Notes: generated by a model not told the origin, from the sequence alone. Positions 35,301 through 50,539 are shown, numbered from the whole stretch's first letter. The stretch is 63,747 nt of DNA, filler included, from Welwitschia mirabilis (GCA_051453625.1; 7 parts of one record of this genome joined end to end with filler, not necessarily neighbours in it); one strand, 5' to 3'. Translations and numbers: made by a program.

Positions 35301-38300
35301 CACATTCAAACAAAAGCCAAATCAAAAATAATATGTGCCTTGGGACTCATAATGGTCCTAGCAATCCCATTTATTAATTAGGTAGATTAATGAAAGGTAG
35401 TCTTTTTAATTATTATTCTATAAAGGATTATAAAAATCCAAAATGCAACACACTTCATTTTTATTGTTTCTTATTACTCTAGAGTAAAAACGACCTACTA
35501 GTAGGAAAAAATTATAGTTTACTAATTTAAAATTCAAGTTAAAATATTTGAGCATTTTGTTTTTTGTTCTGTCCTTCACGGTAGCTTTCACTAATTTAGG
35601 TGGGTCAAAAACCACTTTCCCTTTGGTTTTAAACTTTAAAACTTCAAGAAAACATCTAATTGAAGCTATAATATTCTTTCTATCAAACATAAAGCTACAT
35701 ATTTATTCATTAGAGTTCTAAGCATCTTTTCTCTTAAGGATAAGATCTTTATCAATAGCAGGCCAAGGATCATATTAACAAATCATACAAACTCGGTTCT
35801 TGAAAACATGATTTTACATTATAATTTTTATCAAATATTTCCCATAGAGATTCATTATCAATGTCCTTCATTAATGAAATGATAATCATCCCTAAATACT
35901 CTCTTCATAAGTTTTTGTTTTCATAATCGTAGACAGTAGCTCAGCTTTAAGTTTCCAAATATGAAAATAATAGGCTCAAGCTAGTCTTCTTTTTTTCTTA
36001 TGATAAATTCACTTTTAACATTGACATATGAATAGACGTATTTCTCCCCAGTAACCCCATTTTAGAAAAAGAGGAAAATTCTAATTTTGAATTGTTACTC
36101 TTCTCTATATCATTTTGAACATTTTTGAATTTAGGTTTTGAGGAAGATTTATTCTTCATTAAAGTATTAATTTTCTAGAAGATTTATCTTTAGCTTCTGC
36201 TGCTATCTTCATTCATGTCCCAGTTTTGTTAACTTTGACATCAACATCTTCAATATTCTTAGTTAAATCTTATGTGGTTCATTTCTTACCCAGATGTTTT
36301 GATTCTTTTCCTTGCTACCCTATTTGTCCATGAAGTGAGGGGCATAAGTCTATTGCTGAATTTTAGCTTTAAAAGCAAAAGTAAATTAATGAAAAGACAA
36401 ACAAATTCATTTTGTGGAAATGTAAGGAAAAAAATAAGGATTAACCTTATATCTTTGCATAATAACTTAACACATTTTCATGCATACGTATTCAACATGA
36501 AATATTCACTAACAAGATAGACATGGAAATTTATTCTTTTGTCATTGGAATATCGACTTCTCTACTTTGGTCTGAAATCACTTAAGACACTAACCCTAAC
36601 ATATAATAGAAATACTTGATTATGTAATTACATAGAATAATGACAAAAATCTAGGGTTTTCTCTAGTTAACAAATTGTATAACAAATCAAAAATCCTTAC
36701 TTTGTCATGAATTATAGTATTTTATTATGAAAGCTATTAACATGGCATGAAGTTTGTTGTTTACCTATTATATTACAGTTATTAAGTTACATCAATTTTC
36801 TTCATGTTAATTCAAAATCATCATATCATGTCTTCATCATCCATGTCCTCTTAACCGTACCCCTTGTGTTTAAGAATTAATATACCTTTGATTAAAGAGA
36901 GTAAAAAATAATGATTAAGTTTTAAAAATTATTTATGAAAGCATAATTTTAAGATAAATGCATATCTTTATTGATGATTTTATAAAATCTCAAAGAATAA
37001 TAAAGATGATAAATAAGCACTTATGGTCATTAAGTAGCTTTTGTTTGGAATTATGTTTTAATTTTGTAATTCAAATAGTATTAATTAACATGGAAGTGGT
37101 GTATTAAAATGTATATCAAGCATAGTGGTACCTTATCTCCACTAAAATTCATTTGTGATGTGTATTCATAAGCAATTTCACATGAAAATTGATGGTATTG
37201 GAAGTGGTATTGAATACTTCTTTTACCATTACTATTTATGTGAAACTCTGTTGCGGTGTAAATTATGCAATTTTTGAGTCCTTACACAAAAACCTGTAAT
37301 CACAATACTTACAAAAAAAACACACTAGTATAGACAGGAGTTAACCTGAATATCGTAATTCGTTGAAGGAACTAGGCTAGAAGTTAGAGAATTGATTTTA
37401 CAAAGTATTTTTAATCATTTCTATTTAGTAAATGAANNNNNNNNNNNNNNNNNNNNNNNNNNNNNNNNNNNNNNNNNNNNNNNNNNNNNNNNNNNNNNNN
37501 NNNNNNNNNNNNNNNNNNNNNNNNNNNNNNNNNNNNTAATTCGTTGAAGGAACTAGGCTAGAAGTTAGAGAATTGATTTTACAAAGTATTTTTAATCATT
37601 TCTATTTAGTACATGAAAGTAAACAAGAATGTAAATGCAATGCCAGATGAATGATGGTAAAAATGCCATGGATGCAATACAAGTGAGATGTGTTCTATTT
37701 AGACTCTAATCCTCTTGTCACAAAAACTATTTCTTTATAACTTAGATCAACTAGGAAGAGTTCCATTACTTGTTACTAGCCAACATAAACTATATGAATT
37801 ACCAAATAGAATATGGATAATGCAATATGGAATTGGAATGAAATAGTATTGCAAATCTAAACTAATAAAATCAACCTTGACAAAGGTTGCCCTTATGATT
37901 TAAATAAACTATAAAACTATCACTAAATTATAATCAATTTAAAGTATAAGGGACATTAATGCTATGATAGTAAAAAGAGTAATTAAATTAATCATGAACT
38001 TTTACATCCACTTATAACAAAGTAGCAGCACCTCAATGGAGGATACTTAGTGAACACCAAGTAAACTTCTCTCTGCAGCTATTGGATGGATTTCTTGTCC
38101 TCAATATTCTATCACAAGAANNNNNNNNNNNNNNNNNNNNNNNNNNNNNNNNNNNNNNNNNNNNNNNNNNNNNNNNNNNNNNNNNNNNNNNNNNNNNNNN
38201 NNNNNNNNNNNNNNNNNNNNNNNNNNNNNNNNNNNNNNNNNNNNNNNNNNNNNNNNNNNNNNNNNNNNNNNNNNNNNNNNNNNNNNNNNNNNNNNNNNNN

Positions 38301-41300
38301 NNNNNNNNNNNNNNNNNNNNNNNNNNNNNNNNNNNNNNNNNNNNNNNNNNNNNNNNNNNNNNNNNNNNNNNNNNNNNNNNNNNNNNNNNNNNNNNNNNNN
38401 NNNNNNNNNNNNNNNNNNNNNNNNNNNNNNNNNNNNNATGATAGGCTTCTTCATCTTCTATCTCAAAGAGAAATCAGTCTTCTACATGGTAAACCTTATT
38501 TTAAAATATGAAGTATGAGAATAAGCCTAAGATGCCTTTAAATATGTTAAGAATCGCATGTTTCAGTGATCATCCTATTAGTTCTCTATAATCATTAAAA
38601 TTACATCCAAACCTGTATAAATGTTTTGTAAAAGCACTCAAAATACACCATCAAATTCCTACAAACTAGCATCGTAACATAGGCTCCTACCTAGTCTTGT
38701 CAGTCCCTGATAAAGTGAGCAATCAACTATATTACAAGACAATTTAACTAACATAAATAATAGCCAGAAAAATGTAATTCGAGTTCAATTTTATCATGTA
38801 GGAATAAACATAAAAAACAAATTAGTTAATACAAATACTGATATTTTTCTAAGTCCCCTACTTAAACACATCACCATAGAATGAATGAATGTCACACACA
38901 TACAAAAGTCATAAAATGTAACAATGATAGCTTAGAAAATGATAACGTGTATGCATAATATGAGAAAATGGTACTAAAACTAATATGTAAGTCTTAAGTA
39001 GTAATAATCTCAAAGAATGATGCATCTAAAGTTTATTAGATGATCTGAAAAATAGCTGTATGAAAACTCTGTGAGTGTGCTACTATGCTCCTACTAAATA
39101 AAGTCTATAAAATTTATTCAAGTAACATGAAATCATATCCAAATAAATCATTATAAATATGTATCATGAAAGCTCAAACATGGTCTTTTTAAAATTATAA
39201 ATTTGTACTAATATTTTAGAATAATACTCAAAAAGCTATCCTGCCTTTCCCCCCAATCCTTGTCTAATAGGTGAAGCAAGACATCCCAAATTGCACAGAG
39301 TAAAAAGGATGAATGTCATCCTAGCTGTTGTGGGGACAACAAGCATGGAACAACAGTGATCAAATGAGATGTCTGGATAGATAGGAAAAATCCAAAAAAG
39401 TTTGAAAGCAAGCAAGTAGTCAAAAAGCAGCAAAAAAGCATAAAGAAGGTAGAAATTAAAGAAATATCTTGAAAAACATGACCATGGTGGAAAGAGACTT
39501 ATGAAAAAAGGGTGTTAAAGAAAAGAAAATGCATCGAGTAGAAGGAAGAATGCTTAAAAGAACTCTTCAAATGTGCCCAAACTCAATAATCCTAGAAAAG
39601 TAAGAATTGAAACTCAAAAAGTATCATCATCACCTATCAGGAAGAGAAAAAATCATCCTCATGGATAGAACCTATAAGTAAAAGCAACAAAAAATAACTA
39701 GATGATTAGATTTAAAATATTATGTTGAAAAAGTAGGAAAATAACTTTGAAAAACCCAATCAAAACGACTAAAGAAAAGAAAAATGGAAATGGACAACTA
39801 GGAACATAAATAAGATTGCTTACTTACCTTAAATTTTAACCTAATAAATTCCCTTAGTAAAAATAATAAAATAATATAATAAAAAATGCATGCTAATATG
39901 TAAAAATTCATAAAGTACCATTCTAATAGGTAATGATTATGACGATGTCGAGTATGTATAATGTTATCAAATAATGAATGATAAGATAAGAATTTGAAGA
40001 AACATGAAGTCACTACCGTACATATCAAAACAATACTAAAATATAGAAAAGTAGAATGATCATGTGGAAGTATTATATGCAAAATGAAGTTTAGAAAATA
40101 AGTAATTCCTTTGATGATACTGAGGACATCACTAATCTCATAGCCTCAAAGTAAAATTTTATTCTACCATAATGAGTATAGCGCATCCACTATCAGAGGA
40201 GTGAGGACCCATACAACATGGTCAACTGACCCCCCAGTGGAATTCTCATAGCTACCGTATGACACTGCCAAAGGCTCCTTTTGGGAAAATTTGCCCCAGT
40301 GCACTTGTAGTAGGACATCATGGTGATTATGTTTTTAGTTTAGATATGAAAGAGCATGATCTTTATTTCCTTTCCTTTTTTTCTTTCTTTCCCTTTCTTT
40401 TTCACTCTTTTCTTTTTTTCTTTTAGTGAAAAGAGTTTCACATGACCAAGTACTCATAAGGATAAAAGTGAAGTAATGAGATGAGAAACAAGTAAGTAAT
40501 AGGATCAAGAATCCTAGAGGGGGGTTGAATAGGTTCTTTAAAAATTATTTAAATAAACTTATGATATAACAAAAACTTATTCAAAATAAGTTGGTAACAA
40601 ATTTGTGCATAAAAAGAAAAATTGAAAGTATTCAAAATAATAAAACTAACAAAAAGAATAAAATACTGATTAGATGCATAAAAGTTTTATAGTGGTTTGG
40701 GAAACCCTCTACTCCACTCTCGATAATTAGCTTATCACCAAGCCTGATTTGGATCTTCGTTAACTCTTTCAGCTATTGCAAGTTCACTTGTAACCTTTAC
40801 ACATGGACTTTTTAGGCTAAGTCGCAACCTTTCCAATGGACTTTTGTAGGCTAAGTCTTAACCTTCAGAGGATGTAATAGTGATGATAAGAATGCCCTAA
40901 TGCACTAATATAACTAGTTTTTTGGTACAATGATTGTAATGGAGCTCTTCTCTTGTAGATGATACAACAATGAAGCACAAGATTTGATCTTGAATGTACG
41001 GATACAATAACTGATGGATCATCCTTGATCAGGAATATAATGCCAAGATGCTACAGTGAAAATTACAAGATTCAATCCTTCGATTAAGAGTCAAAAAGTC
41101 TTTTTAGCAATACCTCTCTTAGCTATTTATATTAGAAGGCTTTTAGGGTTTATTACAAGTAAAAAAGCACTTCTAATGGCTATAAATAGCTATAAAATGA
41201 ATACATAATGGATAAAAAATTTCATTTTCATTTCGGTCAATCAACCCCTCAAAAGTCTAGTCGATCCCTCCTGGTGTTATGACTTAAACAAGTTTCCCGA

Positions 41301-43188
41301 GTAAACTTTTCAATCACCCCAGTTTCTTATGGCTCCATATTTGGTTAACCACTGAGGATTCGATCGACCCCCATCCTGTCGCCTGCATATATGTCTAGTC
41401 AACCCCTCGATGATCGACTTAGGGATATCAAGTGCATAGTACTTAGATCTGGTCGATTCCTCAAAGGTTTGGTTGACCTCTTGAAAATTGGTTCAGGAGT
41501 AAAGTTCTCAGGTTCATAGATCTAGTTGGTCCCTCAGAGGTCTAGTTGATACCTTGTCAATCAATTTAGGAATACTATTCTTAGGTTCACATATCCAGTC
41601 GACCCCTCAGAAATCCAATTGATCCCTCTGAATTTAGTTTAATTTTGAGAGTATGCTTCAGGTGCAGTCAATCCCTTGAAAGTCTAGTCGACCCCTCAAA
41701 AGGGTAAGTGAACTTGATAGGTTTCCAGTGATTAGAAAGTAACATTTATAGCTTCAGCATCTAATCTACAAGTGGTAATATTTTTTACATAAGATACACA
41801 AAATTTACTTCATAGAAAACATTAGTTTGATATAAATTGACAAAACATAATCTAACAATCTCCCTCTTTGACATTAATGGAAAACAATTACTTAGTTGTA
41901 ACAAAGTTTAAAAATTAAGAAAACTCCCCCTCATGAAATGCCTATTATTCTTTGCAAAAACATTAAGACTTTTAAAACCAATTGAAGACATTTTGAGAAG
42001 ACTAAAACAAGTTAAAGTGCGCATTGTAGAGACTTTAGATTTTAATGATGATAAAAAATAAGGCAATAGTATGCTTCACCGAGCGTGCAAATCAGAAGTT
42101 GTACCTTCAAAGATGTCCGAGTCTTTTTCAAGGACATCTACCCTTGTACACGGCCAAACATATGGGGATGTCTGACCTTGTTACTCAAAATGTCCGATCT
42201 TAGATGCAGAAAAAACATATAGGGACTTTCAGTTTGATACTCAGGACATCCGGATCTAAATGCAGATACAATATGCAGGGACATTTGGCTTGCTACCTAG
42301 GACATCTAGCTTTGAACATGGACGAAATGTATTGGGATGTTTGACCCTGCTACTCAGGATGTCCGACCTTGAACACGGATGAAGTATATAAGGATGTCTG
42401 GTCTTGAAACTGGGATGTCTGAGATTTTGCCCAGTTGAACCCAGAAATCAAGAATTATAACTAGGGTGTCTGGTTCAAAAATTTGGGACGTCCGACCTAA
42501 AGACATTAAGAGAAAATATGAATGTTATAGTCACTAGAATGATGCGAGTTCACGTGCAAATGTTTTAGGAAGTGGTTCAAACATCTTGGGATGCAGTTCA
42601 AAAATCTATGATAATAGTTTTAATGGTTAAGAATCTAATATCAAGGATCTAATAGCTATTTTTTTGTCTTAGTCTATATAAACCATTCAAAGACACTTGA
42701 AATGGTTACTGCTCTTAAATTATTGTAAAATCATCTCTGTAATTCTTCTATATGTGCTGCATTATGTAATCTATTGAAGAAGGATTCCTCTGTGTGTAAT
42801 TACTGAAGTACTGTGCTTAAGCCACCCTTACCATCAAAATCTTCTATTCTTGTATTGCTTTAAGACTTGTTAAAGCAAGCTTGTGATTCCCAGGAGAAGG
42901 AATTGAATGTAACTTTGAGGAAAGGTGTTACCCAAAGTGATTGGATGTTTTGATAAGGGAACTAGGAGGCTAAAAGCACATTGCTACCCCCTATGAGTGG
43001 AGTAGGCAAGGATTTTCAAACCACTATAAATCTGGTGCATAGTCCATTGTTTATTTTCTTGATTATTTTTATGCGTTATTTTAGTTATGAAGTTTCTGTT
43101 ATATTTATCATTTACAATAATTTTTTTAAGATTACCCTATTCACCCCCTTGGCCCCCCTCTCTAGGGTGCTTCTTTGATCCTAACAAT

Positions 43189-43200
43189 TGGTATTAGATC
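43189..43200 (+). other. Primer-binding site (tRNA-iMet type)
   Basis: TGGTATTAGATC, 2 nt after the LTR end; the consensus is TGGTATCAGAGC. Confidence 0.85.
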
Positions 43201-43250
43201 CTGGTTCCTCTAGATTAGCATCCTTTGCTTTTCTTCATAGGAAAAACTTC

Positions 43251-46200
43251 ATGGCATCCTCAAGACATCCAGAAGGTCATGCAGTTTTAAGGCCACTATT
43301 CTTTGATGGCAACAATTACACTCACTGGAATTCCAAAATGAACATCTTCTTAATATCTCTCCATCGAGATATTTGAGACTTAGTAGAGTACAGTTATCAA
43401 CCTCCTTCAAAGATGATAACTGAGCTGGTCTCTTTGAAAGCAAGATATGAATGAGATGAAAATGATGAATGGACAGTTCAGAACAATGCAAAAGTAATGA
43501 ATGCGATAATCTGCACATTATGAACTAAGGAATATGATAGAATTATCCAGTGCACCAGCGTTAAAGATATGTGAGACACCCTAAAAGTAGTATATAAAGA
43601 TACAAACATCATGAAAAATTCTAAACTTCAATTACTAGCTATCAAATTTCAAAACATTAGAATGAAAGAAACAGAGTCTGTGGCAGAGTTCACAACCAAA
43701 ATAAGCAACATTGTAAATAACATGTGGGGCTTGAGTGAGAGGATTCTTGAGAGCCATGTGGTAAGAAAAAATTTTAAGGAGTCTTTATCTGAAGTTCAGA
43801 CCTAAAGTAACAGTAATAAAAGAGAGCAAAGACATTAATATAATAAAGGTAGAAGAGCTCAAAGAATCCTTGATGGCATATGAAGCAACCATTTTACCTG
43901 AAGATGAAACTCCAAAATGAAAAAGTATATTTCTAAAGGTAAATGAGGATTCAAATGATAGCAATTCAGAAGAGGATAACTTTGATGAAGATCTTTCTCT
44001 TCTCACAAGGAACTTCAAGCAGTTTTATTGCAAAAAGAAGGATTCAAAACTTTCGAAAGACCGACAAAAGGTAAAGTAGATAAAGGTAAGAAATCTTTCT
44101 CAATTTAATGCTATGAATGCAAAGGTTTTGGTTATGTAACTGCAAATTGTGCTAATAATAATAAAAAGAACAAGAAGGACAAAGGGAAAAAATTATTCAA
44201 AGCAATATAGAATGAATCTGAAGATGATCTATTAGGCTCAAGCAATGATAACAATGCAGTGAAATTTAGTCTTCTTGCAATTTCAGATGAGGTAAGTTCT
44301 TCTACTTCTTTAAATTACATAAATATTGATCATTCTTCTAGTTCAAAATGGATTTGTTTTAAAAATGTTTCTCTTAAGTGTGATAGTTTAAAACTTGACA
44401 AGCTCTCGATTGCATACGAAAAATTGTATTCATTTAGTATTAACTTAGGAAAGAAAAATGTCTCACTTTGGAAAATATTGATAGTTTAGACTATAAATTA
44501 AAAGAGGAAATGAGTGGATAAAATTGTTACCTTCTGAACTTCAAGATGCTAAAGTTATTACTTCTTGCCTATGTAGAGGAAATAATAATTTGAATAAATT
44601 ATTGGGATCTGGTAGAAATCCTTGGGATAGATCAGGTCTCAGTTGCACTATAACTAATTTTCATTTGGTCAAAAAATTTGTGCCTCATGTAAAATTCTTT
44701 TTTAGTGTCAAATGCTTTTTCTGCAACCAAAATGGTCATATCTAATTCATTTGTCCTTTCACAAAATCTTTATATTTCAACTTGAACCACAGGTTTAAAT
44801 TTGTGGAAAGGCCTACTCAACCTAGACAACAACGTCATTCAAAATATCAATGGGTTAAGAAAAATGTGCCTTCTCTATTTGCATATGCTACCTTCAAGGC
44901 ACAAGATCATACTAGATGGTATTTAAATAGTGGTTGCTCTAGGCACATTACTAGTGATAAAAACCTTCTCACTTCTTTTGAAGATTATAATGGTAGAGAA
45001 GTAACTTTTGAGGATAACAGTAAAGATTTGATTATTGACAAGGGAATTGTAAGTACAAATGATAATCATCCAATAATTCATGATGTATATCTTGTCAATG
45101 GATTAAAGCAAAACCTATTAAGCATCTCTCAAATTTGTGATAAAGGCAACATTCTTTCTTTCTACTAAGATAAGTATGTGGTTCAGAATGCTGTCACTAA
45201 TAAAATTGTGCTTACAAGTAACAGAGCAAGATACATGGATGTAATTAGAAAAATCAACAATCAAATGAGTAGGGATTGCTATTTTGTCAAAAGTGATGAT
45301 ATCAACCTATGACATAAAAGATTGAAACACATCAACATTAAAGATTTATTAAGAATTGTCTCAAAAGAGATTGTGAGAGGAGTTTCTAAACTTAGTTTTG
45401 ATTAAGCAAAATTGTGTGAGTTATGTGTTAAAGGAAAACTCACTAAGATTCATTTCAAAAGTAAGATAATTACAACTTCTTTAAGACCCTTGGATCTAAT
45501 TCACATGGATTTAGTCAGTCTAGTTCAAACAAGAAGTATTAGAAGAAGAAGATATTTCTTGTTTATGATTGATGATTTCTCACATTTTTGTTGGGTTTCC
45601 TTTTTTAGTAGTAAAGATGAATCCTTTAATGCCTTTGTAAAGATCTGTAAAAAAATTCAAAATGAGAGAGGTTACACTATTAAGTATATAAGATTAGATA
45701 GAGGTGAAGAATTTGTTAATGAAAAATTCAAGATTTTTTGTGATCACCATGGCATATCTTATCAATTCTCAACCCCGAGAACCCCTCAACAAAATGGGGT
45801 AGCTGAAAGAAAGAACTGGGTATTAATTAAAATGTCTAAAACTCTGCTAAATGAAAAAGTTCTTTCATAACATTTTTGGGCAGAAGCTATTAACATAACA
45901 TGTTATATTAGCAATAGAGTTTTCTTAAGGCTGAACACAGACAAAACTCCCTATAAATTATGGAATGAGAAAAAGCCCATTGTCAGTTATTTTAAAGTAT
46001 TTGGGAGTAGGTGTCTTATCCTTAGAGATAAAGAAGAAAATGGAAAGTTTAAATACAAAGCAAACAAAGGGACTTTCCTTGGGTACTTAATGACAAGCAG
46101 AGCTTATAGAATCTTCAACAAAAATTTGAGTAAAGTTAAAGAATCTATGCATGTTAAGATAGAAGATAGTGTAGAACCAACAATAGATGACAGTGAAGAG

Positions 46201-46601
46201 ACCATAATAGTTGAACCCTCATTATTACCCTTCAAGAAGGCTGATAACTCTACCTTAAGAGAGAGAGAGAGGAAAGACAAAAACACACATCCCTTCCCTT
46301 AAAGACTAAAAGAGATCATCCTCAATAAAATGTAATGAGAAATCTTGATCAGGGAATAACAACTATAAGTGGAAAGACCATTAACAATATTTTTTGGTGC
46401 TTTGTCTCAACTTTGGAACCCAATAACTTCTAAGAGGCCGATTAGGATGAATCTTGGATGATGACTATGTAACAAGAATTAAACCAATTGAAGAGAAATC
46501 AATTGTGGAGTCTTGTACCTCATCCAAAAGGAAAACACATAATTAAAACTAAATGGGTTTTCAAGAAAAAGAAAGATGAAAACCATAATGTCATCCAAAA
46601 T
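43251..46601 (+). pseudogene. gag-pol: Sirevirus gag-pol (gag with two zinc knuckles, protease, integrase, start of RT), many stops and frameshifts
   Basis: RPLFFDGNNYTHW, CYECKGFGYVTANC, LNKLLGSGRNPWDRSGL, CFFCNQNGHI, WYLNSGCSRHIT, GLKQNLLSISQICD, CELCVKGK, LDLIHMDL, IDDFS, PRTPQQNGVAERKN and IKTKWVF. Confidence 0.95.
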
Positions 46602-47820
46602 NNNNNNNNNNNNNNNNNNNNNNNNNNNNNNNNNNNNNNNNNNNNTTAATTAATTAANNNNNNNNNNNNNNNNNNNNNNNNNNNNNNNNNNNNNNNNNNN
46701 NTCAGAGCATGATGACTCATCCTCTTAGCCTTCCATTCTCTTCCTCTCTCCTTTTTATTTATATTTCTCCTTCTCTATGATGTTCATGTCTAGTTTTTAT
46801 ACTTTGTACTCCTTCAAAAGCTTAATAAAAATTTATTTTCCTTAAAAATGTTATCCAATCTAAATTTTTAGTTTTCTTATTGTTTTTCAATAATGGCAAA
46901 GGGAAAGAATAATATCAGATTTTTTTGAAATGCTAAATGCTTTACATTTGCAAAAATTCAGGTTTATAGGACTCCATTTCACTAAAACATCTGCGAGGAC
47001 ACATGTGGTTATTTGTCTCTCTATATAGATAATAGGTTAATTTAGGAGCATAATTTGAGGGGAAGCATTCAATTGATCATCTGGATCAAATCTGGATAAA
47101 TGTTTATCATCATTGAAAAGGGGAAATTGTAGAGACTTTAAATTTCAATGGTAATCAAAAACAAAGTAATAACGTGCTTCATCGAGCGTGCAAATCATAA
47201 GCTGTGCCTTCAAAGATGTCCTAATCTTTCTTAAGGACGTTTACCCCTATACACGGCCAAACAGCCAAACATATGGGGACATCTAACCTTGTTACTCAGG
47301 ACGTCTGACCTTGGATATAAACAAAACATATAAGGACATCTAGCCTAATACTTGGGATGCTCGGATCTAAATGTGGGTACAATATACAAGGGTGTCTGTC
47401 CTACTACTTAGGACGTCCAGCCTTAAACACAGATGAAATGTATTGGGATGTCTGGCCCTACTACTTGGGAGGTCCGGCCTTGAACATGGATGAAGTATAT
47501 GGGGACATCTGATCTTGAAACGGGATGTCTGAGATTTTACCCAGTTGAACCCAAAAATCAAGCATTACAACCAGGACATCTAGTCTAAAAAGTTGGGACA
47601 TCCAATCCAAAGATGTTAAGAGAAAATATGAATGTTACAGCTGTCAGAACGACATGGTTTAACCTGCAAACATCTTAGGTAGTGGTTCAAATATCTTGGG
47701 ATGTAGTTCAAACATCTATGATAGCAGTTCTAATAGTTAGGGATCCAATCTCAAGGATCTAATAGCTATTTTTCTATTCCATTCTATATAAACCATTTAA
47801 GGACACTTGAAATGGTTACT

Positions 47821-49835
47821 TGAAACGACTTAAAATTCTACAGTTGAAAAATCTCCATAAACTTTATCACTCTAATACCAAAATTTAATAATCAAAAAGT
47901 GCTATAGTTGAAAATTTTCAAACTTAATACTCTAATAACAAATCTTGATGATCCTAATTTTCACAATTGCAAACATCATAATAGATGTAGCTTTGGTACC
48001 AAATAAAATAGAGACCTTAACCATAGGATAGTGAGCTAAAATTTTCTCTTTCTTCTCTAGGTTAAAAATGAAGGGTTAATTATTAGTTAAAATCTTATGT
48101 TAGAAAAAATAATGCATAGACTACATGGCTTAGTCCATATAATTAAGAAATAAATGGTTTAGATAATGTTACACACCACTTATTGAGAACTTTCATAAGA
48201 GATGTTGGATATACCCAAGGAATACAATAACAATCTTTATTTGATAAAATTCATTAAATGAGATTAAATATTAAAACCTCAAGGAATGCATTTAAGAAAG
48301 TAAGAGGAAAATAAAATAAAAACTTGGACTTAATAATCACAACTAAAGTTTATGTAACTCATGGTGGTCAGGTATGAATGTAGGTAAGTTTATGGAATGC
48401 CAAGTTTTTAATTTATAATTCTTATATCTTCATTCCTTGAAAAGAGGCATCATAATATTAAGAAAGATAAATGATTATACAAAGAAGGATACATTAGTAT
48501 GTTAATATATATATATACACACACACCTGAGAATCCAATGACCTCTACTATTTTGATTTTTGTAATAACCATTCCAACTATTGCTTTACATCTATTCACA
48601 CCTTTTATTACATGAACAAGATGACAGTTACACAGTTTGACATTAATAACGATAAAGTTTCTAAAAGGAAGGTGGAAGCATTCGCATTAAGGAAGAAGCA
48701 ACATAATGGTGAGCAGTGCGAGAGTAGAGAATGCCACACAAGAGATGAAGAGAAATTCAATGCATTTGAAAAGTAGGACACCATGTAGAAAGACAATTCA
48801 CAAAAAATAAAAACCATTTACAAATGTCCCATCCTACTGTAAGATGAGAGTGGATTGTAAAGATAGATGAAGTTGCAGGGCAAAGGATAACTATGTCATA
48901 TAGGTAAAGGAAAAGAGAGGAAAAATGTTGTTTATGCTATAGTGAGGATCGTTTCAAGAAGTAATGCATCAATTTTCTTACTTAAAACTAAAAACGGAAC
49001 TAACAACGCATTTCTAATAGGCATTCAGGCACTAACTGTTAACATCAGTAGTGTACTTTCTAACTGTTGTTTTTGCATTATGGAATCTAATATCATCTTG
49101 GTAAAGAAGGAATTGCATTGAGAGAAAGAGAAGATGCACAAGGAATTAAGGGTAGTCCACAGGGAAGAGATTACGTAGGGAATTATATATTCATCTCCTA
49201 TCATTTCTCTACAACACGCAATCAGCCTACGAGGGAAAAAGATTATGCAAATGATTAAAGATTTTTTTTGAAATTTATAGAAAGGGATTTTCTATGTGTT
49301 AGTCAAAAGATTCGAAATCACATGGAGAGGTGAGAAAATAATTCTGAAAAGAAGAGGTAAAGCAAGCAAACGATGGTATCATTGAGCCACACAAGCTAAT
49401 GTTTTCCATAGAGAGGAGATACATGCACTCTATTAGGACTGTGTTGACCTTTCATTAAGTTCGTGTAGGCAGAAGTTGTTCAAAAATGTACTTGGGTTAG
49501 TGGATTCATTGTTTCATGAAAGATGGAAGAACATTCACCAGTAAAGATAGAATGGAATCATTGAAATGCATAGGCAAAAGAACTTGATCTAAGAAACTCT
49601 AAAACATGTGTTTGCCAGAGTTATGAGTTTTTCTTAAGGCATTATTCACTTTCTCTCATCTGTGCATGAGAGGAAGAATATTACACAAGAAGCACATGAG
49701 TGAGATGAAAAAGAGATGAAAGAAAGAGAGAAAGATGTGTGGGAGAAGAAACACAGAGGATGAAAATCTCCTAATGGAATGGTTATGAAGAAATTAGATG
49801 CTTTTTGACATAAATTCAATGTGATAGTGTAACAG

Positions 49836-49873
<38 letters not shown>

Positions 49874-50539
49874 AGTGGAGTAGGAGGTCAGTGGTTCGAT
49901 TCTGGGCGTTACATCCACTTTCCATTTTTTTTAGAATTAAATGANNNNNNNNNNNNNNNNNNNNNNNNNNNNNNNNNNNNNNNNNNNNTTAATTAATTAA
50001 NNNNNNNNNNNNNNNNNNNNNNNNNNNNNNNNNNNNNNNNNNNNTAAGGGAAGAGGAGAAGGAGGATCCTATTTATAATTAAGATTTGGTGGAATGTATC
50101 GATTCATGAGCAAATAAGGATAAACATCATAAATGAGGGCGGTTATAAGATGGTGAAAGTTTGGTGAATATTCTATGCATGTAAATAAAAAACATCATGA
50201 ATGAGGATGGTTATATGATGGGAATTTCCATTACCTTACCAGGCCACCCAGAAAATAATAAATAATAATTAAGCTTACATGATTAACACCAATGAGACCT
50301 TAGCAGTAATTAAAACATTTTATAACATGATAGTAGTTTCGGTAAAAATAATAACTCTATACATTAAGCATCTTCATTTAAAATAATTTAACATTTCTCC
50401 CAAATGAGTAATTAAATGCATAAGCCAAGGCACAAAATAATATTCATGAAACTATTAGAAAAAGAAAACATACAAGATTCATCATGAATTATTAGCCTCA
50501 AAATATTTAATCTTAAGGCTTGAAATTTGGGACGTGACA
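47821..50539 (-). mobile_element. Solo LTR (or gap-collapsed element), Tekay/Del-like, inserted in the 3' LTR of the nested Sirevirus
   Basis: TG...CA termini (minus: TGTCACGTCCC...GTCGTTTCA) with perfect TSD TTACT (47816-47820 and 50540-50544). The host LTR resumes in register. TATAAATAGG on minus near 50070 is followed by a CT-rich tract. No coding motifs are visible. Confidence 0.85.
49842..49869. repeat. (GA)14 microsatellite
   Basis: Read directly from the sequence. Confidence 0.95.
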
